Positions 1 to 8,854 of a DNA stretch of 64,000 bases are shown piece by piece (the first letter of the stretch is position 1; the number at the start of each line of letters is the position of its first letter). The stretch spans positions 23,140 to 87,139 of the forward strand of contig JAZLHK010000052.1 in assembly GCA_045616805.1 (NCBI GenBank), given 5' to 3'. A program made the position numbers and the translations under genes. A model generated the notes under the pieces. It was not told the DNA's origin. It searched no databases and saw only the letters and a list, made by a program, of their open reading frames with translations. Source of the stretch: Fibrobacter sp. (GTDB taxonomy: Bacteria > Fibrobacterota > Fibrobacteria > Fibrobacterales > Fibrobacteraceae).

Positions 1-34
1 AAAAGGAAAAAGTCCCACGCTTTTTGCGTGAGAC
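1..34 (-). terminator. Rho-independent terminator downstream of ssrA
   Basis: On the minus strand, stem 26-34/12-20 (GTCTCACGC/GCGTGGGAC, one G-U pair) with a 5-nt loop is followed by a T-rich run (complement of 1-11). Confidence 0.7.
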
Positions 35-43
35 TCTCTTCAG

Positions 44-401
44 TGGAGGTGAGGGGAGTCGAACCCCTGTCCAAAATCACGTCCATATCCATTCCTACAA
101 GCTTTCCCTTCGCATTTAAGATCTCGTCTCACCCACGCCCAAGAAGGTCGGCGCGAGCTTTGACCAGCCTAGTAAATCTCGGGACCCGCCCCCAGGCATG
201 ACGATTCCCTATCCCATATTGCGACCGAGCTTTGATCCCAATGGGAGTGAGACCAGGCTCGGCGTTGCCGATTAATTAGGCAGCGAGTGCGTAGTTTTCT
301 TCAGCACTTATTTTTTTTCAGACTTTTTAACGGGTGCCCTCGTCTGAGACCCCGGCTTGCAACTAATACTTCAGCGACCCTGTCGAAACCGGATCACCCC
401 C
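44..401 (-). ncRNA. ssrA: tmRNA (transfer-messenger RNA)
   Basis: The minus strand starts GGGGGTGATCCGGTTTCGAC and ends GGTTCGACTCCCCTCACCTCCA. The acceptor stem has G3:U and a T-arm. The internal tag ORF GCTGAAGAAAACTACGCACTCGCTGCCTAA encodes AEENYALAA-stop (plus coordinates 276-305). Confidence 0.92.
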
Positions 402-796
402 GATGTTATATACCCTAATATAGCAAAGTTAGAAGAACTGACAAGTTCTGATAACTTTGCTTTATGATCCGGTTGAGACAGGCCTGTCGACTGAATGCGA
501 CCTCAGGGAGCATTCAGGCCCTTGAGCAAGCAAAGCTTGCAAAAGGCCCGTAGGGGAAAAATAACGCGAACAGCGTTATTTTTAGCAAACCGGATCACCC
601 CCGAGCGAGCGTCGCGACAGAATGCTTGCATTCTGGCATGACCGAGCGAGGAAGATTCTGCTCGTAGAGCAGCTATCACCCCCGTTCTACTTGAGGTGTT
701 ATAAAATATAGCAATTTTTGAAAAAAAAATGTAAAGTGATCCGGTTGAGACAGGCCTTGGAGCAAGTTTCGTCTCAACCTTACTATTATATCGTCT
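402..796 (-). other. Hairpin-rich non-coding region with partial duplications of the ssrA 5' end; possible sRNA
   Basis: AAACCGGATCACCCCC occurs at 386-401 (true ssrA 5' end) and again at 587-602; ATCACCCCC recurs at 675-683. GTGATCCGGTT occurs in opposite orientation at about 465-475 and 737-747. A 20-nt direct repeat lies at 466-485 and 738-757. There are at least 6 perfect short hairpins. No credible ORF. Confidence 0.5.
417..444 (-). promoter_or_regulatory. Candidate sigma70-like promoter for the ssrA precursor
   Basis: The minus strand reads TTGTCA (439-444), a 16-nt spacer, then TATATT (417-422). This sits about 15 nt upstream of the mature 5' end, consistent with RNase P processing of a precursor. 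Confidence 0.3.
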
Positions 797-1753
797 TTAC
801 ATGCAATTTTGTAAAGCAACAGCAGCCATAGCATTTTTCTGCGCCACCGCAGAAGGCAAGGCATCACTCCCAAAGCCCTTTTGCCCTCGAGCCTCCCCTC
901 TCCCACTTCCGATGGTTACACCAGACAGATTCTGTTGACGCTCCGGCATATGCTTCCAGTAGCGTACAGGCAGACAGCGTTTCAACAACCTGGGATTCAG
1001 CCTTTCCTTAATCGCCATGGAATCGTAATAGTTCTTCCACATCACCGTTACTTCATCGGACGGCGCATGAGCCCTTAATTCCTCAGAACTTGGCGCCACC
1101 ACATCGTGAACGCGAACGCCATCATAAAACACAGCCAAGCCACGCTTTGAGTCAATAATGGCCCAATGCTCAGAAGCGAAACGTCCCCTGAAGTGAGGAA
1201 CAATCAAATCCATAATATCATACTTGGGCTCAATCTCTGCAATATAGGTACCGTCTGGAGCCCTATTGAAACGGAGCATACCCAGCATATTTCCCGCCTC
1301 ACGACGAACCGTCTGAGCCTTACGAAACAGAGGCAACATTTCAAGACTTGCAGGATTCCTTCCGTAATTTGGATCAATACCGGCAAACAGTTTGCGTAGA
1401 TATGCAAGAATTTCCATTTCCACACCAGATTCTTCGGACCGAAATGCCACATTAAGCAAATTCAGGACCTCTTCGCTGGCCGCATTTACAATGGCTCGCT
1501 TCAGCCTGCGGGCAGACTCATCATTAGTCGTAACAAAGAAAGGAGTCATGAACAAATCCGTAGCACCGGCACGACCATCCTCGTTACCGGAATGGGGAAC
1601 AATCTCCCCCACATCCAGATGTTGGCGATACACTTCAAAGACAACACTCAGAAAGCCATCGATTGTAGAATCATATTGAATGGATAAAGACATAAAACCT
1701 CTTAATGTTTGCGGCACCAGATTATCAATAATTACTTGCAACCCTGCACTCAC
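797..1753 (-). CDS. DUF4130/TIGR03915-like putative DNA metabolism protein, partner of the radical-SAM repair protein
   Basis: 318-aa ORF. Its GTG start overlaps the TGA stop of the upstream radical SAM gene (GTGA). Motifs YDSTIDGFLSVVFEVY and WKNYYDSMAIKERLNPRL match the family from memory. An alternative ATG start lies at 1693. Confidence 0.6.
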   Translation of the reverse strand: MSAGLQVIIDNLVPQTLRGFMSLSIQYDSTIDGFLSVVFEVYRQHLDVGEIVPHSGNEDGRAGATDLFMTPFFVTTNDESARRLKRAIVNAASEEVLNLLNVAFRSEESGVEMEILAYLRKLFAGIDPNYGRNPASLEMLPLFRKAQTVRREAGNMLGMLRFNRAPDGTYIAEIEPKYDIMDLIVPHFRGRFASEHWAIIDSKRGLAVFYDGVRVHDVVAPSSEELRAHAPSDEVTVMWKNYYDSMAIKERLNPRLLKRCLPVRYWKHMPERQQNLSGVTIGSGRGEARGQKGFGSDALPSAVAQKNAMAAVALQNCM

Positions 1754-3024
1754 GCAGATTTTGGCAATGCCAAGGGCATATTCTCAAACAAGTCAAGTTG
1801 CGCAGGTTTGGGCTTCGCCACCAACAGGGGGCGCAACATCTCGGGATAGAGCCTGCGAAGGCTTGCTGGAGTATCGGGATGGTAAATGAAATACTGAGCC
1901 CGCTTCATCACAACTCCCATTTTCTTCAAGTTCTCCAGACGGATTTTGCAATAGCGACGACCGCTTACAATCAAGTTCGCAGACTTCACGCCAATTCCCG
2001 GCACCCGCAAAATCATCTCATAATCCGCAGTCTGCAAATCTATAGGGAAAAATTCAGGATGGCGCAAAGCCCACATGACCTTGGGGTCCAAATCAGGATC
2101 GAGATTAGGATTCTTCTCGTCAAGAATTTCATCGTGGCGGAACTTGTAGAAACGCATAAGCCAATCGGCCTGATACAGACGATGTTCACGGAGCAGCGGA
2201 GGCTTTGTGGTAATGACAGGCAAGCGCCTATCGGCATTAACGGGAACGTAGCCAGAGAAATAGACTCGTTTCATTTGCTGATTTCGATAAAAACCAGCAG
2301 ACAGAGTCAAGATCTGGAAATCCGTCTCATTGGATGCACCCACAATCATTTGCGTGCTCTGCCCGGCGGGCAAGAACTTCGGCGTATAGCGGGCAACCGT
2401 CCCCTTATCCGCCTTGTACTCCAGCTTACGCTCCGCAAAAAAATTCATGGGCTGGTAGATGGACTTATAGTTCTTTTCGGGAGCAAGATACTGCAACTGC
2501 GCATCGGAAGGTATTTCGATATTCACGCTGCTGCGATCAGCATAGAGCCCAGCCTCGTAAAGCAATGCGGGACTTGCCCCAGGAATAGACTTCAGATGGA
2601 TGTAGCCACCAAAACGATGGACCGTGCGAAGTTCCTTGGCGACACTAATTAACAATTCCATGGTATGGTCGGGAGAGCCAATGACCGCAGAACTTAGGAA
2701 CAATCCTTCGATGTAGTTACGGCGATAAAACTCCAGAGTCAGGTTCACCAGTTCCTTGGGAGTAAATGTCGCGCGAGGAATGTCGTTACTGCGGCGATTG
2801 ACGCAGTAGGCACAATCGTACTTGCAGGCATTGCTGAGCAGCACTTTCAAAAGAGAAATGCACCGACCATCGGCAGCCCAAGTATGACAAATCCCCGCAG
2901 CACAGCCATTGCCAAGCCCGCCCTTCATAGCCCTGCGGCTAGAACCACTTGACGAGCAGGATACGTCGTATTTGGCGGCATCACCAAGAATACTCAACTT
3001 CTCATTTAAATCCATTTTGTTCAC
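1750..3024 (-). CDS. Putative DNA modification/repair radical SAM protein (TIGR03916-like)
   Basis: 424 aa. It has the CxxxCxxC motif (CKYDCAYC) and the conserved N-terminus AAKYDVSCSSSG...GICHTWAADGRC. It is operonic with the DUF4130 partner. Confidence 0.8.
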   Translation of the reverse strand: MNKMDLNEKLSILGDAAKYDVSCSSSGSSRRAMKGGLGNGCAAGICHTWAADGRCISLLKVLLSNACKYDCAYCVNRRSNDIPRATFTPKELVNLTLEFYRRNYIEGLFLSSAVIGSPDHTMELLISVAKELRTVHRFGGYIHLKSIPGASPALLYEAGLYADRSSVNIEIPSDAQLQYLAPEKNYKSIYQPMNFFAERKLEYKADKGTVARYTPKFLPAGQSTQMIVGASNETDFQILTLSAGFYRNQQMKRVYFSGYVPVNADRRLPVITTKPPLLREHRLYQADWLMRFYKFRHDEILDEKNPNLDPDLDPKVMWALRHPEFFPIDLQTADYEMILRVPGIGVKSANLIVSGRRYCKIRLENLKKMGVVMKRAQYFIYHPDTPASLRRLYPEMLRPLLVAKPKPAQLDLFENMPLALPKSA

Positions 3025-3080
3025 TTGTTCCTTTGTGCACTAAATATAACATATAGTGAACAAAAAAGCAATAGCAAACT

Positions 3081-3344
3081 GGCTGTGTCAAGTCAAATCG
3101 TATTTTTTTACAAGGCTGCGTGGTCATTGCGTTCCGACTGCGTTCTGGCTGCGGTTTCGGGGGCGGGCTCTGTCATGCCTGGTCGTATGGCTGTAGAAAG
3201 GCTGCGAAACCGCTGCGGCGGTCAAAATGGCCAAAATAGCCTAAAAACAGCATTTCCGAGGTGAATTTGCAGGTTTCGATGGGCTGACGGATTGGGAAAG
3301 TTTTGCTAGCCCGGGGTTGGCGTATAAAATGACTTGACAGAGCC
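3081..3344. repeat. Intergenic repeat copy A (GGCTSTGTCAAG ... CTTGACAGAGCC module)
   Basis: Left end GGCTGTGTCAAGTCA (3081-3095), internal GGCTCTGTCA (3166-3175), right end TGACTTGACAGAGCC (3330-3344). The last roughly 80 nt align by eye with 7311-7391. Confidence 0.75.
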
Positions 3345-6300
3345 TATCGGACAATGATTTTTTCAACCTGGAATTTATTTCGAACGATGTAAATTCCCGC
3401 TTTCTGCACAGGGATAGCAACTTTCGAAACTCCCGGCGCTCCACGCCACAAACATTTACCACGCATATCGAACAACGCCGTACGCCCTCCCTCGACCAAA
3501 TTGTCGAGATGTATCGTCCGTCCAACAACGCTCACACGCAAAGCCCTAAATACAAGCGGCATTTTTTCGATACCCGCCTGTCCCTTATCCAATTCATTGG
3601 GATCAAACGTCCCCTTACCCGAAAAAATTGGGAAGCCGCCGTTGACGCCTTTCGAATCATATTCAAAAGCTTCTTCCAGCAACGGAGCAAAGCTCTTGGA
3701 CTTCATCTCCTTCGACGATTTCGCAACACCAACCACGCTGCTGTCAGGAGATCCTAAATAGAACACATTTTTCACATAAACTTGACCGGGATATGTCAAT
3801 GCCGTCGGGCTACATTTTTTCAGTTCACTTACACAAACATTGGCCGTGTTGTACAGGTTCTTCAAGGTGAACATCACTCGCCTAAATTGTACAGACATAT
3901 CTTTAAAACCAGAAACAAGCCCAGCCACACTTCCCGTATCCGATTTCACCTTTCCGACATTATAGGAATTGACGACACTTATAAAGTTTTCGGGACTTTC
4001 CATTATTTCGGCCCAATAAACATCCAGCGACATTCCCGCATAGCCGACAAGCCCCCCAGCATTCGCAGAACCATAAACAGTGCCCGCATTATAGGTTCTG
4101 TCAAGGTATATCTTTCGAGTAGCCTCCTTTAACGTTCCCCTAGTCGAGGGAACTCTATTGATACTATCCGCCTCAAGGACACCGACAATTCCCCCTGCAA
4201 CAACCCCCTCAATAGAAGCACTTTCATTCCAGCAATTCTCTATAATGCCATGGTTCGTTCCTGCAATGGCTCCAGCATTTGTGCCTCGTATTGTAGACTT
4301 TGCAATTCCAACATTTTTAATGGTTCCGCTATTCAAAGCAAAAAGTCCACTATTTTTTACGGAATCCGTATAAATGCCTGAAATGACATGACCGCCGCCA
4401 TCAAATATTCCTACAAACTTATCTGTTTTCTCAGACAAACTAAACAGCGGAATCCACGGATATTCCGATGTCGCGTTCAAGTCGATATCGGCTGTCACCT
4501 TGAAATTTTTGTCGCAAAAAAATGACGACATTACCGTATTTCCATAATGGTTAGTCCCATTGCTAAAAAGCGAGAGGAGCCACAGCTTTTCGGGAGAATC
4601 AATAATATAGGGATCGCTCTCGGAGCCTTGCCCTTCAAGGAACGCCAATATTGGATACCCTCCATTTTCTCCATGAGAATCTTCATTAAAGTACCCACCC
4701 AGTTTTTGGATGCTAGACCTTGACTTCAGGGTCTTGGAATCCATTCCCGCAATGGAATCAAAAACAACCAAGGTGTCAAAACCCAAGGCGGGAACAGAAG
4801 TCAATGAACTGTCGTAGAACAAAGGGCCATGAATCGTATCTTTTTTCTGGGGTTTACCGATAATGGCTCCAACATATTCGTTGCCAGTTACGACAGACGC
4901 GTTATAGCCATGAGATAATTTTCCGACTCCACCCACAGTTCCCGCAACAAGACCGCCCACAATACGGTCCCCCGATACAGTCCCCCTATTGTAAACATAC
5001 TTGATATCGTTACTGTAAAGACTAAATGAAATTCCTCCAACCGAAGATTTCCCTGTCACGTTTCCATAATTCCGTGCGTAAAAGACATCTCCAGAAGTAA
5101 CGCCACAGATATTCCGAATACCCTTGACATCAGCATAGTTCGTCACATTAAACATTGTCCCACTCATATAAGGAGCAACACCACACACAGCAGTCACACC
5201 ACTCACCGAACCATCAACCGTAATGTTCGAAATATCGTTGAAATTGCCTTGCCCCGACCAAAGCGCCCCAACGGATTTTTCCCCAACGATATCAACCTTG
5301 TGTAGCGTAAGGGACCGGATTTCAGAACGACTCAAATTCGAAAAGAATCCAATAGGAGGCAATGCATTCTTATTTGTAACATTGTAATAAAACATAACGT
5401 CATCTTCCGATTCGTCAAAAAGGCTATCCACATTGACGTCTTGGTGGATATTCAAATTCGAAATCGAATGGCCATTCCCATCATAACTTATCGCCCAGCC
5501 GTCCACGGGAGTCCAGTTGTTTACAGCCTTTGGCAACTCAATATCTGCATCCTGTCTGAAATAGCGCAATTCAAGCGTAGAGTCAATCACAATTGCTGCA
5601 TGGCGTTCAAAACGACGTAAATCGCCCAGAGACTTTATCAGGTACGGGTTTTCCTTGGTGCCAGAACCATAATCAAATAATTTATCCATATTATAATAAG
5701 CAAGCAAGGGATATCCCCTGTTAACAAGCGCCGTTCCCGAATCAGGAAAAAAATGCGCTCCCATCGAATCGGCATAAAAATGAACCGAATCAGCGTGTTC
5801 CCCGTTCAAATCGTACAGATGCAAAATGGAAAGGTTCAAACGATCCAAAAGTTCTGGTGCGATAGGGAACAATGCACCGACTAAGGAGTCCCCACTCACC
5901 TTCCCCGCATTATAGCCATTTCCTATATTAAATTCATGATAAACTATTTCTTCAGAATGAAGAAGGAACACTAAAAGACCTCCGACACAAATTTTACCAG
6001 ACACATCCCCCAAATTTACCACATTTTGAAAAAAAAATCGATCTTCATCTCGCCCCCCATACACAAGCCCAATCAGTCCGCCAACATACTCTTCACCGGC
6101 AATGTCGGCCTCATTCACAATGTCCCTAAAGATACCGTAATCATTGGGGACATCAATATAAAGAAATCCCAAGAGTCCACCCACACACTTCCGCCCCGTC
6201 ACGGAAGCCCTGTTGACAATTCCACGATACGTGGCATGAATATAGGACACTCCGGTCATCCCAATCACACCACCTACAACGGAATCCCCGTCAACAACTC

Positions 6301-6970
6301 CTGATACAGAAATATCTCTCAAATAAGGAGCCCCCAAGAACCTAGGGGAGAAAGTCAATACATTAGGATAAGCATAAACAGAATCCATCCAAACAAAGCC
6401 GATAGTTCCAAAAAGCCCTCCGACATTGCGAGTTCCCTTGACAATCACATCTGCAGAGATGTTCTGCACATTGGGATCTTTGGGAGTATTCTGTTCATAA
6501 CCATAAAAAGTACCCGCCAAGGCACCGACCGAAGCGCCGCCCTTCACATAGGAATTTCTGATTTCAAGATTCGTAACAGAACCCTTCCAAACGCCAAAGA
6601 GACCTTGGAAATTCTCGTCACTGCTGATGTAAAGGCCACTGATAGAATGCCCCGCCCCATCCAAGTAAATAAGCGCAGGCTTCAAGGTATCCCCATAAAC
6701 GGTCCATTTATTTTTGGGAGCAGACTTAGCCCAATCCTTTGCCGAGCCTTCATTCAATACGATATCACTAGCCAACTTGTAATAAAACGTGGAATCGTAT
6801 TTTTCGGCCATTAGTGCAAACTGCTCCGGCGTCTCGATTACAAACGGGTCGTTACTTTTACCAGCCCCCGATGCAAACTCTTTTGCCACTTTGCCCGTCC
6901 ACACCTCCGATGCGGCAAAAACCGACAGCTGCAGCAAAACTACAGCGAGACCAATTTTAGATAAATACAT
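3344..6970 (-). CDS. Large exported GLUG-motif repeat protein with a C-terminal sorting-type domain (adhesin-like)
   Basis: The ORF runs 3344-7129, but the signal-peptide-like start MYLSKIGLAVVLLQLSVFAAS is at 6970. There are many VGGLxG/AGGxVG repeats about 25-30 aa apart. The C-terminus ...FDMRGKCLW...AGIYIVRNKFQVEKIIVR resembles the C-terminal domain of the GH9 enzyme in this window. Confidence 0.7.
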   Translation of the reverse strand: MYLSKIGLAVVLLQLSVFAASEVWTGKVAKEFASGAGKSNDPFVIETPEQFALMAEKYDSTFYYKLASDIVLNEGSAKDWAKSAPKNKWTVYGDTLKPALIYLDGAGHSISGLYISSDENFQGLFGVWKGSVTNLEIRNSYVKGGASVGALAGTFYGYEQNTPKDPNVQNISADVIVKGTRNVGGLFGTIGFVWMDSVYAYPNVLTFSPRFLGAPYLRDISVSGVVDGDSVVGGVIGMTGVSYIHATYRGIVNRASVTGRKCVGGLLGFLYIDVPNDYGIFRDIVNEADIAGEEYVGGLIGLVYGGRDEDRFFFQNVVNLGDVSGKICVGGLLVFLLHSEEIVYHEFNIGNGYNAGKVSGDSLVGALFPIAPELLDRLNLSILHLYDLNGEHADSVHFYADSMGAHFFPDSGTALVNRGYPLLAYYNMDKLFDYGSGTKENPYLIKSLGDLRRFERHAAIVIDSTLELRYFRQDADIELPKAVNNWTPVDGWAISYDGNGHSISNLNIHQDVNVDSLFDESEDDVMFYYNVTNKNALPPIGFFSNLSRSEIRSLTLHKVDIVGEKSVGALWSGQGNFNDISNITVDGSVSGVTAVCGVAPYMSGTMFNVTNYADVKGIRNICGVTSGDVFYARNYGNVTGKSSVGGISFSLYSNDIKYVYNRGTVSGDRIVGGLVAGTVGGVGKLSHGYNASVVTGNEYVGAIIGKPQKKDTIHGPLFYDSSLTSVPALGFDTLVVFDSIAGMDSKTLKSRSSIQKLGGYFNEDSHGENGGYPILAFLEGQGSESDPYIIDSPEKLWLLSLFSNGTNHYGNTVMSSFFCDKNFKVTADIDLNATSEYPWIPLFSLSEKTDKFVGIFDGGGHVISGIYTDSVKNSGLFALNSGTIKNVGIAKSTIRGTNAGAIAGTNHGIIENCWNESASIEGVVAGGIVGVLEADSINRVPSTRGTLKEATRKIYLDRTYNAGTVYGSANAGGLVGYAGMSLDVYWAEIMESPENFISVVNSYNVGKVKSDTGSVAGLVSGFKDMSVQFRRVMFTLKNLYNTANVCVSELKKCSPTALTYPGQVYVKNVFYLGSPDSSVVGVAKSSKEMKSKSFAPLLEEAFEYDSKGVNGGFPIFSGKGTFDPNELDKGQAGIEKMPLVFRALRVSVVGRTIHLDNLVEGGRTALFDMRGKCLWRGAPGVSKVAIPVQKAGIYIVRNKFQVEKIIVR

Positions 6971-7141
6971 AACGTCCCTTTTTTGAGTAAACCGCCTTAA
7001 ATGTAAAAAAAAAAACACATTATCAAGGATAAAAATTGACCTGTCGTCGAGGCGAAGGGCGAGCCAAGACATTATAATCCTTTGGGAGTCATCACTTTTC
7101 TTGGCTCGCGTTATTATGCTACCGGACAATCGCTATCGGAC

Positions 7142-7391
7142 GGCTCTGTCAAGCTTGGCCGTATGGCCAGGGACAGATTGCATAAACACACTTTTTTAGC
7201 TGTATTCTAACTGCTGGCTCTGTCAGTCCAGACTGTACGCTGCAAACTCACTATAAATATGCTTTGGCGCCGAAGCTAATAAACTGCATGGAAATGGCGT
7301 TTTTGGAGTAAAAATGCAGTTTTCGAGGGGCTGACAAATTGAGGTTTGTTTGCTAGCTGCTCTTTTGTGTACGAAATGACTTGACACAGCC
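7142..7391. repeat. Intergenic repeat copy B
   Basis: GGCTCTGTCAAG at 7142-7153 and GGCTCTGTCAG at 7216-7226. The 25-nt GTGTACGAAATGACTTGACACAGCC at 7367-7391 is identical to 9371-9395. Confidence 0.8.
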
Positions 7392-7434
7392 TGTTATTTA
7401 ATGAACTTTATTGATTAGGTGCAAACTGCAGAAT

Positions 7435-8115
7435 CTAGCGTTTTTGGATGGTCAAGTAAAGTCCCAGGGAATTGCCCAATTCAGAACCTTCATACATTCC
7501 GAATTCTATGGCGTCCTTTATCGAGACTCCTACAAAAAGACGTTCGTACACTTCCCAGAGTTTGCCTACTTCTAACTTGAAGAACATGCGTTCGATACCA
7601 TAATGATAGTCACTCAAAACCTTATCATCGCGGAACTCGTCTATAACGCCAAGCCAACCAAACGAGGCCCCGACAAAAGTTCCATCCAGGAAATTTTTCG
7701 GATCAACATAAGGCGTATACTGAACCCCTAAACCAAAGGAAATTCGAGTCCAACTACCCTTATGTTCATTTTCTTCCTTATCCCTGGAGTAATCCTTCAG
7801 GCGGTATTCCCCTTTTACTCTGTAATATCCCAACTCTACGAAAGGAGCAATCTGCCTAAAAAGAATGGCTCCAGCTTTACCACTCACATTGAAACCAAGG
7901 CCAGAGAATGACATGAGTTCACAAAGAAGATCCTCGTCGTGTATCATCTCGTCCTTTTCAAGGTCATGATAGTAGCCGTTCTCCGTTTCTCTTTCGGCGC
8001 TATAGACATTATGCGTTCCGCCAACATCTACGTTGAACAAAGGCCTTACAATGGGCCTTGGAACAGCCATCGCTGCAGTGACAGCAAAGAGCAATAGCAA
8101 TAGGATTCGTGTCAT
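7435..8115 (-). CDS. Hypothetical exported protein, possible small outer-membrane beta-barrel
   Basis: The signal-like start MTRILLLLLFAVTAAMA is at 8115. The ATGA overlap with the upstream gene suggests translational coupling. The C-terminal two-thirds shows an alternating hydrophobic pattern. Confidence 0.45.
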   Translation of the reverse strand: MTRILLLLLFAVTAAMAVPRPIVRPLFNVDVGGTHNVYSAERETENGYYHDLEKDEMIHDEDLLCELMSFSGLGFNVSGKAGAILFRQIAPFVELGYYRVKGEYRLKDYSRDKEENEHKGSWTRISFGLGVQYTPYVDPKNFLDGTFVGASFGWLGVIDEFRDDKVLSDYHYGIERMFFKLEVGKLWEVYERLFVGVSIKDAIEFGMYEGSELGNSLGLYLTIQKR

Positions 8116-8645
8116 GAGCGCGTCTCCCATATCATCAAGGCGTAGTTCACCATCTTGCCGCAAGACGTATCTGCAGGAGGAACGAATTCCACCAGTTTGT
8201 AGCTTACATAGGCATCACTAGGCCCCAAGTAACGCTCTTCATAATTCCAAAAATGATAACGATCGCTTAGCAACTTCTGAGCGGGAATATTATAAGGTTC
8301 TGAGACAGTCATACCCGCGGAACAGTAAAACTGAACCTGAAGATTAAACTCCTCAACGCCTAATAGTTCTGGATGATGCACTGAAGAGTCTATCCAGTCA
8401 GGGGTTTCTTCATCCACATAAACATCAAGGTCCTTACGGCCGCATAAAGAGCTTGAATCTCCTTTGGAATCCACATAGGATAAACAAACACGAACAGAAT
8501 CAACGCCTTTGGGAACGTCTGCGGAAACGTTAATGTTAGTGACGGGAACCCCACTCATCATAGGATCGCAACTGGCCGCCACAAGGCAACAGAACAAACA
8601 GCTGCAAAAAATCAATTTGAGAATAAACCACCTAACCATAATCAC
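8112..8645 (-). CDS. Hypothetical lipoprotein
   Basis: 177 aa with a lipobox-like LVAASC after a hydrophobic N-terminus. Translationally coupled to 7435-8115. Confidence 0.5.
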   Translation of the reverse strand: MIMVRWFILKLIFCSCLFCCLVAASCDPMMSGVPVTNINVSADVPKGVDSVRVCLSYVDSKGDSSSLCGRKDLDVYVDEETPDWIDSSVHHPELLGVEEFNLQVQFYCSAGMTVSEPYNIPAQKLLSDRYHFWNYEERYLGPSDAYVSYKLVEFVPPADTSCGKMVNYALMIWETRS

Positions 8646-8702
8646 AAACTATATAGAAAACAATTAGTTGAAACACAAAAAAATAATTTTATCTTGTAAT
8701 CT

Positions 8703-8853
8703 GTGAAGAAAAGGATTATCAAGGCTCTTTTAGACACCGCTCATAAAGAAGGGGACCGACTCCCCTCCGTTCGAACCATTATTTCGACTTACAACGTGTC
8801 TTCTGGAACGGTCCAGGCCGCCTTGAAGGACTTGGCCAAGCAATCCAAGACAA
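8703..8853 (+). pseudogene. N-terminal fragment (about 50 codons) of a GntR-family HTH regulator
   Basis: MKKRIIKALLDTAHKEGDRLPSVRTIISTYNVSSGTVQAALKDLAKQSK aligns with residues 1-49 of the intact regulator at 16858. Similarity stops at about 8853. Confidence 0.75.
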
Positions 8854-8854
8854 T

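Noticed and set aside
1-3024. A genomic island or prophage integrated at ssrA.
   Set aside because: There are no integrase or phage genes. The duplicated segments copy the 5' end of the tmRNA rather than the 3' end. The adjacent genes are a conserved repair-type pair.
3025-3080. A LexA/SOS box upstream of the radical SAM operon.
   Set aside because: Palindromic words are present (GTGCAC; TTGTTC...GAACAA). Neither matches the spacing of the SOS boxes I can recall (CTGT-N8-ACAG, GAAC-N4-GTTC, TGCNC-N4-GTGCA).
3025-3528. Small ORFs inside intergenic repeats and gene ends (3025-3264, 3241-3528, 9033-9215, 9217-9405, 8033-8221).
   Set aside because: They overlap repeat modules, pseudogene fragments or better-supported genes. 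They have no start context and no family resemblance.
6971-7129. N-terminal extensions of the tracked ORFs. Examples: 7129 for the GLUG protein, 39698 for the activase, 16822 for the regulator, 9412, 13370, 25203, 31410, 32157, 48090 and 60491.
   Set aside because: Internal starts give proper signal peptides or canonical family N-termini, often with a ribosome-binding site. Several extensions overlap terminators or repeat arrays.
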